This document shows positions 1 to 11,964 of a stretch of DNA of 59,091 nt, one piece after another. The DNA comes from Phoronis australis (taxonomy: Eukaryota; Animalia; Phoronida), in assembly GCA_002633005.1 (NCBI GenBank), contig NMRA01001079.1:1-59091 (forward strand), given 5' to 3'. Every line of letters begins with the position of its first letter. Position 1 is the stretch's first letter. The position numbers and the translations under genes are program-made. The notes under the pieces are model-generated. The model saw only the letters and a list, made by a program, of their open reading frames with translations. It made no database searches and had not been told where the DNA came from.

Positions 1-503
1 AGACGAGAACTCATCAACCCCGACGAAGACTTTACAGGTGGATCGTTAGGTTTCACAGGCTATCAGTTCGAACAGGAATACAGTGATGAAGAAATACTAA
101 AGAGGCGCCGTGAACAAGCTCAGACAACGGAACGTAGGGATAGTTATTTGGCAAGCTGGCATTCGTCAGGAACTCACGCGGCTGTCGACGACTTCAGGCC
201 ACAGACAAGGAGATTTTCAACGGCCTTGCTATTTACAGCGTATTTTCATTCTTCACTACTGTGATCCACTTCCTAAACATTTCGGACTCTCGAGGAAGTC
301 GAAAAAACAGTAACCCGCTTTCCTTGCATGTGCATAGCTCGCACAAGCGGGAACGATGCACCGCAACATAGCGGCATTCTCACCTTCCTCACAGGTTAAC
401 GCGACACCTCTTGGCAAGGTAAGGTCGACCGTGTGCGAGGCGATGTGGATGTAGGCCGATTAATAAGGCAAAAAAGACTAATTAAATCGGGTGGCATTCT
501 CCT
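1..503 (+). mobile_element. Right part of a Kolobok-like non-autonomous DNA transposon (family X) with the start of a P2X7-ballast-like ORF
   Basis: Ends GGGTGGCATTCTCCT (489-503) then TTAA (504-507). Homologous to 26424-28340 (inverted) and 38640-38944. 58-117 reads GYQFEQEYSDEEILKRRREQ. Confidence 0.7.
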
Positions 504-1808
504 TTAATTCAGTCTAAGTTTTTCAGTGGTCCATATGCGGTGCACTACAGGGGGGCTGGGAGGGCTTTAGCCTCCACTTTTTTCAGTGCTGCGCCCTCTA
601 TACACCTCCGACGTGACACTGCCAACTACTCACGAGAGGAAGTTGTGATTCCAAATTCATCAAAACACAAAACATTCGTGCACAGCACAGATCGAAGCTG
701 TCTTGTAAGAAATGGCGATACGTCACTGAACTTAGTTGAAGGCTGAAGGCTGACTTGCAAAAAATTCGATCCATCATCAGACCACCATGTCGCAAAGAAG
801 GACACTAAACGATAACAGTGATATTCATGAATGTATTGAATTAAAAACTAGACTAAAGAAATTCAAACATTTACAAACCGTAGATCGGATCGAAAAAGAA
901 GTTCAAGTCATTGCTCATAAATTTGGAACGATTGTCTTTGCATTTCCTTGATGCTTGTAGTTCCCAGTAGTATTGTGCAATGAATTTAGGTTCTTCTAAA
1001 CCGAATCGTTTGCTTGACATTCCCGTGCATACTGCAAAGACTGGACACGTCGTGACTCAGTGACGCACCCACGTTAAAAATAAGGTGTAGTCATGCAGTA
1101 GGCTGCCCGCGTAGAATCCGCGCNNNNNNNNNNNNNNNNNNNNNNNNNNNNNNNNNNNNNNNNNNNNNNNNNNNNNNNNNNNNNNNNNNNNNNNNNNNNN
1201 NNNNNNNNNNNNNNNNNNNNNNNNNNNNNNNNNNNNNNNNNNNNNNNNNNNNNNNNNNNNNNNNNNNNNNNNNNNNNNNNNNNNNNNNNNNNNNNNNNNN
1301 NNNNNNNNNNNNNNNNNNNNNNNNNNNNNNNNNNNNNNNNNNNNNNNNNNNNNNNNNNNNNNNNNNNNNNNNNNNNNTCTTCTAAACCGAATCGTTTGCT
1401 TGACATTCCCGTGCATACTGCAAAGACTGGACACGTCGTGACTCAGTGACGCACCCACGTTAAAAATAAGGTGTAGTCATGCAGTAGGCTGCCCGCGTAG
1501 AATCCGCGCAGAGTGACTGACGGGAAAAGAACTTGAACTGCAGGGGTTGAAGTGTGTCCATTTTTGGGATACGCGTTCCATAGCATTTTCCCCAACCGCC
1601 CGGCTGAAGCTGGACCAGTGGCCGTGTTTCAACAAGGAATTTTGATACAGCTCTATAGGCCAAGGATTTCGGGATCATATCTTTCAAAAAAATCTTCAGG
1701 AAATGGCCGTATTAAAATGAACTTTTCCCGAAATTGGGTCAAACAAAACGACCTTGGAGCCAGTGACACGGGTATGGGTTCGAGTTAAGCCGCACGTCTC
1801 AAATGAAT

Positions 1809-1912
1809 CATAGCGTAGCTGACCAGCGACTAGCATTAGTTCGTCGAATTGCGCATGCATCATAGCGGAGCTGACCGGCGACTAGCATTAGTTCGTCGAA
1901 TTACGCATGCAT
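1809..1912. repeat. Tandem duplication, 2 x 52 bp
   Basis: CATAGCG(T/G)AGCTGACC(A/G)GCGACTAGCATTAGTTCGTCGAATT(G/A)CGCATGCAT at 1809 and 1861. Confidence 0.9.
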
Positions 1913-4562
1913 GGATCAGACTTCCCGGCGACTCGGACGCCACGACACCGGCCACCGTGGCGGGAGCAGCTAATTTCTTGACTTACACCTGCTTCTAAAT
2001 CTGGATTTAAGCAAAATGACAAAGTCCACGCTTACACACATGCAAGCGTATCCAAATATAATTAAATGTATTTTCATGTGAAAGCATTCAATGTTCTTTG
2101 AACGTTGACTTGTGTGAGTTCTTAATTTTCTTAGAACTGCGTTTCAAGTCATTCATTTCAGGCACCTGAGTGTTTAAATTGGAAGTTCGCGTCGTATGAC
2201 GTCATATGACGTAGGAGATGCAAGCCTCATTTGCCTGTTGGCTCAAAAAAGAGGATCATGCCCGAGTACATGGCTGGGAAGAGGCATCTTTTGGAAGGGT
2301 AAACAAGTCATGTTCAAAGCATCCCAGTGTCATTAATATGCAGTCTTTGGGGACCAAAGTGGTGTCATTTTATAGCTAAAGAGTTAAGCTTTCAAACACA
2401 ATGCTCTGATTTCAGACGACTTTAACATTTACTTTTGAAATCACTTTTGAAAACACGTTAAAATGCGCTAAAACAGTTGTCCCTTCCTGGTTATCTCTTC
2501 CTGCTTTTACATATTTCATACTCCAGCGTCTTGTAAGCATAAGGCCACCTTGGCCACTGCACGTCTTGCACCACGTGAAACAACAAGAGTAGCTGTTAAT
2601 TTCAATCCGACAAAGTTCAGCATCGCTAAGGCAGGATTCCACGAGACAAATGACACGAAATTGAAAATTCAACTTAGAGAGGAAGAGTACTACGCTTGTT
2701 AATCTTTATGGCACAAATAGAGATTATCCCCTTCTTGGAAACATGGAAAGTTTGATAACGAAAGAATTTAATTTGTGGTGACTTTCATATAGTTCTAGAC
2801 CAAGAGTAAGGTACTTATAACTATAAGCACCCGAACAACACTAAAGGAAAAGAATAATATTAGAACACAATAACATTTTCATTTTAAAAAATCTGTTTAG
2901 AGAAGATATCCTCTGATTAAAGATTTACGTTGCGAGGTAAAAACCTCAATGAAGCAGGCAAGAATATACTTTTTCTGGCGTCTAATAATCTTACCCACTG
3001 TGTCAGTGATATAATTATTCAAATCGGTTAGCGGTCTGACCAGTCAGGTGTTCTACTGTATATAGTCTAGAGAATTTATTGGAAGTTTGTCAAATGGGGA
3101 GCATTACGTTAAACAATCAAAAGTAAGATAAATTCTATAAAAGACAATATTCCATATCAATTTATAGTCCGAATACATTGGGAAACTTGTCAAATGATGC
3201 AATACAATTTAGAATTGATGATATAATATTTTTACATATACATGTACAGATACGAGGCGAGACAATTGCTTACTTAGTGCATAAAAAGAAACTACGAGAC
3301 AGTACAACAGAAAGAAATCTTGAGGAAGAAACATTGAATATTTACTTTTTCCTAATAAATCAGATCGAGAAACTTTGGAAAACAAGTCAAATGAACTATT
3401 AAATACAAGAAAACAAAAACTTAAGAGCACGTCCACGAATGGACCAGCCAAAAAGTGATAAAGGCTATGTCACGGATTTCCTCGATTGTTTGCATGATGG
3501 TAGGGGTTGATGCCCTAACCTTCATACCCACATTAATTTTTTTACGTGCGCCACCTTGTGGTTGCTATGGGAACGTGTTGTTTTTCTGCCAATTTCAAGC
3601 CTCGTTACAGCTATGTTTTGGCACTTTTTGAGAACTTACCTTGAGAACAATAGGGAAAAAATAGAAATATTATTGTCACGGCGTGACAATAACGGACTCT
3701 GCGCGTGCGTATTACTGGAATTATTATGGGAAGTTACTGACAGCAACCCGTTTACCAATATAAAAAGGAATTCTTTAAAACTGTAGGAGAAATTACATAT
3801 TAATTTTTTGATGAAATTTCCACTAATTGACCTCTTCCGGTGCATTATGAACCCCGATGAGGGAGTAATTGTTAACAAAATTAAATGTGTGGTTAATGCT
3901 AATAACCACAGATGTTTTACTTTAAGCACTTCAGAATGCAAGATGAATGAAGTGTTCAAACTTTCAGAAGAAAAATGCACCCCACTGTACTGACCTCAGT
4001 GTTCTAGAAAGTTCCATAATGTTCTGCGGTAAACAAATTACATCATCACTGTTTTTAACTCAGAGGTAATGTCAATCAAACAGATTAACAAAACAAAAGA
4101 TTACAACTAAAAACAGTGCCAGTCTATATTATGACAGATGGTCTAGCCTACCATTCTTGTATGGTAAAACGTCATGTTACTGACTAGCTCCACAACCCAT
4201 ATTGAATCCGGGGACTGTGTCGACACGCCTCTGGCACGTCAATTGATTCCATAGCCCGAAAAACAGTGCCCAAGTCGCCGCGCTCTCTGACGAGCACAGG
4301 CTCGTCCATGAATGCGTTGTTGTTTAGACTGGAATGTTAATACCTGAATTCATCGGTTTCTTTCGGAACAAAATGAAAGCGTAAGAAAAAAAATGATTTT
4401 AATTAGTGTGGCTTGCACTTCGCAAATGTCGTTTAATACTTGGCGTAGACTCAGCTTCGAACGTCGTCAAACAAAAAATGTACACGTCTTGAAGTTTACA
4501 TGTATGTTTCAAAAGCGTTTTACACGTGATGTTACCGTTAATAGCACGAGCACTTTAAACGT

Positions 4563-4975
4563 ATGGAACGCGTGAATCTTAGAGAGGCATTGCCGGATCC
4601 AAAAGATTTCGATCCACGAAAACTCCACCTGCTGGTTATCGAAGACTTGATGGATGAACTAGGCAGTAGGATGTTTACAAAAGGGAGTCATTATCAGAAC
4701 GTGACTGTGATTTTGTTGGTACAAAACTTTTTGCCAAAAACAAGGAAATAAGCACCATCACTTTGAACGCACACTATCTGGAATCCCCGAGATACCAGGC
4801 AGGTTGCCAGCTTGGCTAAGCAAATGTATCCCGTTCACGGCTTATTTCTTCAAGAAGCATACGCAGATGCCACCAAAGAACATATTCGTAGACGTTAAGC
4901 AAATCACCCCAGAGCACGAGTGACTGAGAACGCGCACTTTCCCTGATGAGACACAATTTGTCTACGTTCCCATAA
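4563..4975 (+). pseudogene. Polinton packaging ATPase (A32/FtsK-like), C-terminal part, frameshifted
   Basis: HLLVIEDLMDE (Walker B), then MFTKGSHYQNVTVILLVQNF, then in another frame ISTITLNAHYL; matches the Polinton ATPase consensus IDDLM..FTKGSHH.N.SVI.I.QN.F. Confidence 0.85.
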
Positions 4976-5029
4976 ACAAAAATAAACATTTTTCGTCAAC
5001 TATTGCCATTCGTTCTCCGACGTCCGAAT

Positions 5030-5350
5030 ATGAAAGATGTCATGGCAAACACACCGATACTATTGGAACGGTAGCTTCGTCTAAGCCCAGTGTAGCCAAG
5101 ACTATCATTGAAAACGGAAATCGGGAGCTCATCTTATGCCTCTCGGAGATTGCACTCAACGTTCTAAGACAAAACGTACCTCTAAGACCCCATCATAAAA
5201 CAAAACTCTGTAGGCACAAAACAGCTTTGAGAACCTTGGTCAAAAAAAGACGATCATTAGGAGAAAGAAATAAATACTCCAGTGAAGTGGATTCCTGGCT
5301 GCCGTCCTCGCACCACTCTTCGGTTATTTCGTCTTTGTTTGGAAAACATG
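5030..5350 (+). pseudogene. Polinton small basic protein with a C-terminal amphipathic G(G)FL..L motif
   Basis: KPSVAKTIIENGNRELILCLSEIALNVLRQNVPLRPHHKTKLCRHKTALRTLVKK, then (frameshifts) SGFLAAVLAPL..SVISSLFG. Confidence 0.7.
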
Positions 5351-5690
5351 AAGTACGCAAAAAATGGCTCTGGTCGACCCAAGACTGCTACGTTCGTTTG
5401 CGATTCACAAACGCCCGTCTCAGTCAGATGAAAATGTTGACCGACTTGTTTTGGAGACAATTCGCGCTCCCATGCGCCGCAAAGCAAGTTTGATTCACAA
5501 AGTCCTCATATGGCTTGGGACAGCAAGGGTCAAGTGGTCATCGATGATCTCTTGAACGATGTTCTTCTTAAACCCAAATTTCCTGACGCTGTCGGGTGGC
5601 GGGTGTTTGCGGCCAACTTGCTGGAGGCTAATGTGCTGCGCGAACTCTTAGGCAAAAAGGATCGATGGTTGAGAACAAAGTCGAGTTTCT
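5348..5690 (+). pseudogene. Conserved Polinton protein upstream of integrase, internally deleted
   Basis: MALVDPRLL ... WDSKGQVVID..LLNDVL..GWRVFAANLLEANVLRELLGKKDRW resembles the W..F...L...NVP...IGN..RW motif of this Polinton ORF. Confidence 0.6.
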
Positions 5691-5900
5691 TACCACCCAC
5701 AACGAAGAAAGTAAAGTTAAAATTTTGGAGTGTTTCAACAGAACGATAAAAACGAAAATGCGTAAATATTTTAGAGCCAACGATAACTGCAATCTCATCG
5801 TACAATCAGAGCTACCATCGCTTTATCAGAAGCACACCTGCTTTGGTCACTACTGATAATCAGAAACAAGTGTGGAAAACCCTTTTCGGTCAAGTCTCCA
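5665..5900 (+). pseudogene. Polinton retroviral-like (rve) integrase fragment
   Basis: VEFLTTHNEESKVKILECFNRTIKTKMRKYF, then in another frame YNQSYHRFIRSTPALVTTDNQKQVWKTLF; compare the ERFNRTLK..MWKYF and YN.S.HRSI..TP motifs. Confidence 0.85.
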
Positions 5901-5904
5901 ATTA

Positions 5905-6360
5905 CCGTCGCTCCCAAATGTGTATATTGGGGAAACCAAACAAGCCCAGAAAATTCGTTTCAATCAAAATCGTTGCCCCAGTTATGGGGACTTCTATGAT
6001 TCTACGGTTTTCAGTCATATAGCAGCCACACACCACTCTTTCTCCCGGGATGATGTCACGATTCTGGATAGAGAGGAAAATTAGTTCAGGTGAGGTGTCA
6101 AGGAAACAGTTGAGAATCCTAGCCTAAACAGGCAAGGGGGCCTGAGGTTTCTGTTGCCAAGAAAGTGGGATAGGGCACTAAAAACTATCCCGCGCACAGT
6201 GTGCTGTGGATCACATGACGAGTCACGTGACACCTCATTGGCCTGATTCAGTCCTCGAGAAGAGGACGCAACGTAGCCAACTTAATAAACCGTAAATCCA
6301 GTAATTGGTTTATTTTTCTACAAATTATTACTCAACTGGATGACTGTATTCATTGCATTT
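5905..6360 (+). mobile_element. Penelope-like element 3' end: GIY-YIG endonuclease remnant plus pLTR with a degenerate hammerhead
   Basis: VYIGETKQ..RFNQ..STVFSHIAATHHSFSRDDVTILDREEN*FR*GVKE..PSLNRQGGLR. Hammerhead-like motif at 6238-6280. Tail CAACTGGATGACTG is shared with the element at 32187-32436. Confidence 0.85.
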
Positions 6361-6368
6361 TAATTTAA

Positions 6369-7224
6369 ATTCCAGTTGACACCATGGCAAGTTTTCTTTC
6401 ATCAGCGAATAATATTATGTCGATCATTGTTGGTTGTCAGCTGCCCGGTCGTAACGGAAGTCGCGGTAGTCCAACGACATCTTAGTTTCCGTATAAATGT
6501 ACTTTCGATATTTTCATAAGTTTAATCGTCAGGATATTTTAACTGTATAGCAATTCTATTATTCAAAGATTTTGATATTGCATCTTCGTTGTTATGTTTA
6601 CACTTATTGTTTACCAGATTTAATTACACGTTCTCAGTAAAACACGCTTAGCCATGTCGCCAGTCTTCCTTGTTAATCAATCGTTGGCACAGGATTGTGA
6701 CTAGTCCGTGATTTTATGCAAGTGTGAAACTATCTGTGTATCTACAGGTACATGGCATTTATGATTTGAATCATTTATTCGGATCAAACAGCCGGCAACG
6801 GCATGCCTTCGCCTTTCGCCAGTGCTAGTCTCAGACCGCACCGGGTCATCAGCTGAAGCTCCCAGTCCGGCAAAATAACTTGTGTCAAAATTTATTTGCC
6901 ACGTTTTGTTATCAACTTCAATACAAATTGTCCCTAATTTGGTTTTATTAAAGTGAAATTCTACTGTAAATTACTTTATCCCTGTTTGCAAGCTGGTAAC
7001 ATACATTACTTCAGTCGCACTCCCGGCGATTGTGAACCTGGGTTCCTGAATGAATTATAATTCCGGTTTCACGGTTAATTCAAAATGGCGATGTGTTCTT
7101 CGGGTCGGAATCATGACTGGCGCGTTTATTTAAACTTTGTCCGACTACAACTTGGATAGGTACTACTTGGTTCCCTGTGACGTCTAACCATTTAATAAGG
7201 ACTAAAACGTGTGCTACTAGGACT
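6369..7224. mobile_element. Kolobok-like non-autonomous element (family Y)
   Basis: TTAA at 6365-6368 and 7225-7228 with imperfect short TIRs (ATTCCAGTTGACAC vs revcomp AGTCCTAGTAGCACAC). 6690-7224 is homologous to 40730-41275. Confidence 0.55.
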
Positions 7225-7329
7225 TTAAGGTAACATGTAGGTGGCGCTCATGTCGGCTGGTAATGCGCAGACAATTTTAGAAGGTTGCAATTGGAACAAC
7301 CGTCACATCTGCAAATAACTTTTCAAAAT

Positions 7330-7760
7330 CTAAGGAAATGGGTTGTACATTCTGTGCGCTGCTATACAAAAGCACCCTCCACAGGTTACCACAAATTCGT
7401 CTCTAGGTTTACTTTTAAGGCAAATAAGATTAGATGATTTTGTCCAAAAACTTAATAGGTACGTAGATGTCAATGCCAATGACATTATAGGCCGAAGAAT
7501 ATTATCATCAGGTTTGTGGGATTTAGGGTTATCGTGTAGGGATCCTTTCCTCAACCAGGTTGAAATAATTCTTGTCCGTCTCAACTTCTTTAGTAAATTT
7601 CCAGGAATTAACCGGATTACAAGTGATGCACCTGAATTCTGACTCATCAGAAATTAGGGAATTTGCTGTAGTAATCATCCTTTTCTTCAATAATGTAGCT
7701 GTTGGTCTTATGTGTATCGATTCACGTAGTCTGGCGGGAAGAAAATTTTCTGGTATCTAC
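7330..7760 (-). pseudogene. Penelope-like reverse transcriptase N-terminal fragment
   Basis: HDNPKSHKPDDNILRPIMSLALTSTYLL resembles the PLE RT motif YGLPKIHK...PLRPIVS...T.TY.L. Confidence 0.65.
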
Positions 7761-9111
7761 ATGTAACTGTTTTAAGTACCCTCCCCTCTCAGTCGGTCTT
7801 TGATGTTTTGGTTATTAACCGCAAAATGTTCCTTTCCAAATTTCCAAGGCCCGGGTATAATCTTGCTAGTTCGACATGCTCGTCTACTGTGACTCAGTTA
7901 TTAGATATATAGCGAAAATGCGAATTAATTTTCCGCCCTTACAGACGAGTACACCGCCTCCGCAAATTATTAATCTGCACAGGCGTATTAGAAATTTGTA
8001 GGGCAGATCAGTTATCTGCACAGTTAAAATACTCACTTGCTTGGGCGGAATACTTATTTGCTCTGGCAAAATAGTAATTTTTTCAATGTCCCAACAAAGT
8101 CGCCATATCAGAAAGATTCACTCACGTTTGCATGACTTTCTAAATTATTTAGGGTTGTTTTCAAGGGATCAAAAAGGCTCCCTTCTCCATTTTGCGTCAT
8201 GGGTCTTGATATAGGTAGTCTGCTTTAGCATCGTCAGTAAGTCCAGATTTAAATATGTCAAGCTTAAATAATCTGGCGTGCGTTCAGTAGACGCTAGGAC
8301 CTACGCTAGGACCCAGCTAAAATCTACCCAAAGTCACGTGATCTCATTTAAAATACATGACAATATCTCACTTAATCTCGCGAAGTCTTGCTTTCTAGCG
8401 ACGTCTTAGCGTTACTGAAAGGGAGGCTGGTGTGATTAACTCGAAACCACCTTAAGTAAGTTTACCGTAAAGCGCTCTACATTAGAATTGTGGACCACGA
8501 TTGTCGCAAATAAAACATGTTAAGGTGACCTAAAGTATATAATTTGTTCAGACTGACCAGTGCAAATGTGTAAACATAAGTCACATGTTTGATTTTCGAA
8601 CAACTTGATAAGTTTCACAAAATGTCATTAAACTAGTTAATACTCAAGTCGCTAATAACGTGTGGAGGCTGTTCATTTGTTATACGTAACGATGTCATAA
8701 TCAGTATTTTGACATTAGTGCAAATAACATTTTTCAGCATAATGGCAACATCATTCATTCATATGTGGGATATCATGCAGATCCATTGAAATAGAGCTAC
8801 TTTGGCAAATAATAATAGTTGCATACACGTTTTCAACAATAAACGGCTAATTCGTCTGAAGCACCAGGACTACACGTCCTGGAAACTTGTGTGTAGCAAG
8901 GGGTTCAAACCTAAAAGCCTGTTTGATGCTTCAAAACTCAATTCCTGTTAAGTCGTCAGCAGAGACAAAATTGTCCTCGCACGTGGTCCCTCGTCAGCGA
9001 GCTACTGTATTCCGAGCTGCATAAATTATTTGCTTAAGACCTGCATTTAGGCGCAGCTTCAGAATTAGAGGTACGTGTATGCCTCCAATTGCCGGGTTTT
9101 ACGGCAACGTC

Positions 9112-9281
9112 GTAGTAGTAGTAGTGGAAGTGGTAGTGGTAGTAGTAGTGGAAGTGGTAGTGGTAGTGGTAGTAGTAGTGGTAGTGGTAGTAGTAGTGGT
9201 AGTGGTAGTGGTAGTGGAAGTGGTAGTAGTAGTAGTGGTAGTGGAAGTGGTAGTAGTAGTAGTGATAGTGGTAGTGGTAGT
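9112..9281. repeat. (GTA)n/(GGTAGT)n microsatellite running into a gap
   Basis: Direct read. Confidence 0.95.
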
Positions 9282-10035
9282 NNNNNNNNNNNNNNNNNNN
9301 NNNNNNNNNNNNNNNNNNNNNNNNNNNNNNNNNNNNNNNNNNNNNNNNNNNNNNNNNNNNNNNNNNNNNNNNNNNNNNNNNNNNNNNNNNNNNNNNNNNN
9401 NNNNNNNNNNNNNNNNNNNNNNNNNNNNNNNNNNNNNNNNNNNNNNNNNNNNNNNNNNNNNNNNNNNNNNNNNNNNNNNNNNNNNNNNNNNNNNNNNNNN
9501 NNNNNNNNNNNNNNNNNNNNNNNNNNNNNNNNNNNNNNNNNNNNNNNNNNNNNNNNNNNNNNNNNNNNNNNNNNNNNNNNNNNNNNNNNNNNNNNNNNNN
9601 NNNNNNNNNNNNNNNNNNNNNNNNNNNNNNNNNNNNNNNNNNNNNNNNNNNNNNNNNNNNNNNNNNNNNNNNNNNNNNNNNNNNNNNNNNNNNNNNNNNN
9701 NNNNNNNNNNNNNNNNNNNNNNNNNNNNNNNNNNNNNNNNNNNNNNNNNNNNNNNNNNNNNNNNNNNNNNNNNNNNNNNNNNNNNNNNNNNNNNNNNNNN
9801 NNNNNNNNNNNNNNNNNNNNNNNNNNNNNNNNNNNNNNNNNNNNNNNNNNNNNNNNNNNNNNNNNNNNNNNNNNNNNNNNNNNNNNNNNNNNNNNNNNNN
9901 NNNNNNNNNNNNNNNNNNNNNNNNNNNNNNNNNNNNNNNNNNNNNNNNNNNNNNNNNNNNNNNNNNNNNNNNNNNNNNNNNNNNNNNNNNNNNNNNNNNN
10001 NNNNNNNNNNNNNNNNNNNNNNNNNNNNNNNNNNN

Positions 10036-11851
10036 TCTTTTTCCGAAGAATTGCTATTGTGGCGGGCGCCGTAGTCTGGTCGCGAGTCCGTTTGAAGACA
10101 CACTCTATAACAAGTTATGTCTATACAAGGAATGACCAACGGGGCACTCACATTGAGAAAGTGACCGCATTCGCGAAAAGTGTACAGTACCAGAAATTGC
10201 GGGGAGGCTTTTCTTTCACAACAAAGTCTTGCGGGACTCGTGCGATGTTCAATAGGCCTCCTAAGGAGCCCTAGTTCCGACCTCAACACCTACCGTGTGT
10301 CTACCTGCAATAAGCACACTGCCGTCTTCTATACTGGGAATTTCCGCAGAAAGGCTCACCCGATGAAACGCTCATGCCTATGGACATTTATATGATATTA
10401 GTACTTCGGGTTTCAAGCGTTCAGACATTGGGACGTTCATTTCGAAAATTGCAAGAGATGCAAATAGGTCCTGGGATGCTTCGTCAAGGTTTGAAGTAGT
10501 CCATGATGAACGGATCAAATTTAGTTGCGCATGTAAGTCTTTCGAATGGACTTGGCAACCTCAAGGGTTTTAGTGTCAACTGAGCTGCGAGACGAGATGC
10601 TGACATTGTAGAGGCTTACAAGCTCATTGACACAGCAGTTGACGAAGTGCAAGCGTTGGGAACAAACATCGAAAATATCTGGGTAGAATGGTTCCAAGAC
10701 GAGCAAATCATTGGATCCGATATACAAATTCCTCGGCAGTCTAGGCAACAGAAGGATAGGACTAACGTATGAGTAACCACTGGGGATTAAAATTTTAGAG
10801 AGAAGTTTTCAAATCAAAATTTTTTGCATAGTACACTTTAGGTCTCGCGACGGACCAGGCCAGCTTGATTTATGTAGATGTTGACTTTCAGTGTACTTCT
10901 GGTCCCTCGGCGAACTAGTCTTGTGATTTTTTTTACCAAAGTGTGCTTTGTAAAACTATTTATCTCATCCAGTACTGTTTGGTCCCGCGACAGATCGACT
11001 ATTTTTATAGGCATAATAAGCACTGGTGTACTCTTGGTCTCGTGACGGACCAGGTCAGCTTTTTGTGTACTCTCAGTGTACATCCGGTCCCTCTGCAAAC
11101 TAGTCCAGTGTATCTTTTCACCACTGTGCACAGGATGTTTTGGTTTCTTGAAACTGTTTTCAGATGATGTGTTTCCTGATAGATTTGACGTTTTTCAATT
11201 GATGTCAACGGTATTCAGCTTAATAAAGTGATACCTAATTTTTATTGTCGCTTTTAATAATAGACTATGAGTTGAGAGCACCATCGTTCGCCAGTTTTTC
11301 TCGTAACGAGACAGAACACATGTTTATTTCCGGACTAACAGTACAGGTCTTCGTTCTTAAACAACTTAAGGCTCCTGTTACGCGATCATCTGATATTCAA
11401 GTTTTTACGCCCCGTCGGTGCTCCTTAATTATGCTCTTGAATATTTGGAAATTGTCTAAACCCCTGTATACACACCACACTTTTTCGTATACGACTTTTC
11501 GTATGCTAAAAAAGGTGTGTGTAAGCAGATGTTTCAACAAAAATTTTTCTGGTGGCTTGACTCATACCCAGATGTGCACAGGCAACATGGTTTCACGAAA
11601 CTTATGTGCCAAGTTCACGTGACGAAGAAGGGTTTTTAATTATCTTAAGAAAAACTCCAGAGACATGTTAAGTGCCAGAAACTTACCAGGATGCATGGAA
11701 ATTTCACTATTTGGCTACAAAAACAAAAAATATCTTACACGGGAGGGGAAACCCCCCTTCCGACCTCCCCCCGCTCGGCGCCACGCGCCTACGATTCGAC
11801 CTTGGCGGGAATCCTAAGCCCCCCCTTGCTGAAAACGTAGATCCGCCACTG
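10036..11851 (+). mobile_element. hAT transposon remnant (THAP12/PRKRIR-like transposase fragment); left end hidden in the gap
   Basis: 10593-10769 reads RDADIVEAYKLIDTAVDEVQALGTNIENIWVEWFQDEQIIGSDIQIPRQSRQQKDRTNV. Right TIR GATCCGCCACTG at 11840-11851. Confidence 0.65.
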
Positions 11852-11964
11852 GGTAGTGGTAGTGGTAGTGGTAGTAGTAGTGGAAGTGGTAGTGGAAGTG
11901 GTAGTGGTAGTGGTAGTGGTAGTGGTAGTGGAAGTGGTAGTGGAAGTGGTAGTGGTAGTGGTAG
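11852..11964. repeat. (GGTAGT/GGAAGT)n microsatellite
   Basis: Direct read; abuts the hAT TIR. Confidence 0.95.

Larger units (their letters stand above)
4563..5900 (+). mobile_element. Polinton/Maverick (adintovirus-like) remnant
   Basis: Four co-oriented decayed ORFs in the order ATPase, small basic protein, conserved protein, rve integrase, as found in animal Polintons. Confidence 0.85.

Noticed and set aside
992-1509. Identical 132-bp direct repeat at 992-1123 and 1378-1509
   Set aside because: It flanks an N-gap exactly, so it is most likely an unmerged contig overlap (assembly artefact).
9075-10289. Long Ser/Gly-, Val- and Thr-rich ORFs
   Set aside because: These are translations of a microsatellite plus N-gap, not genes.
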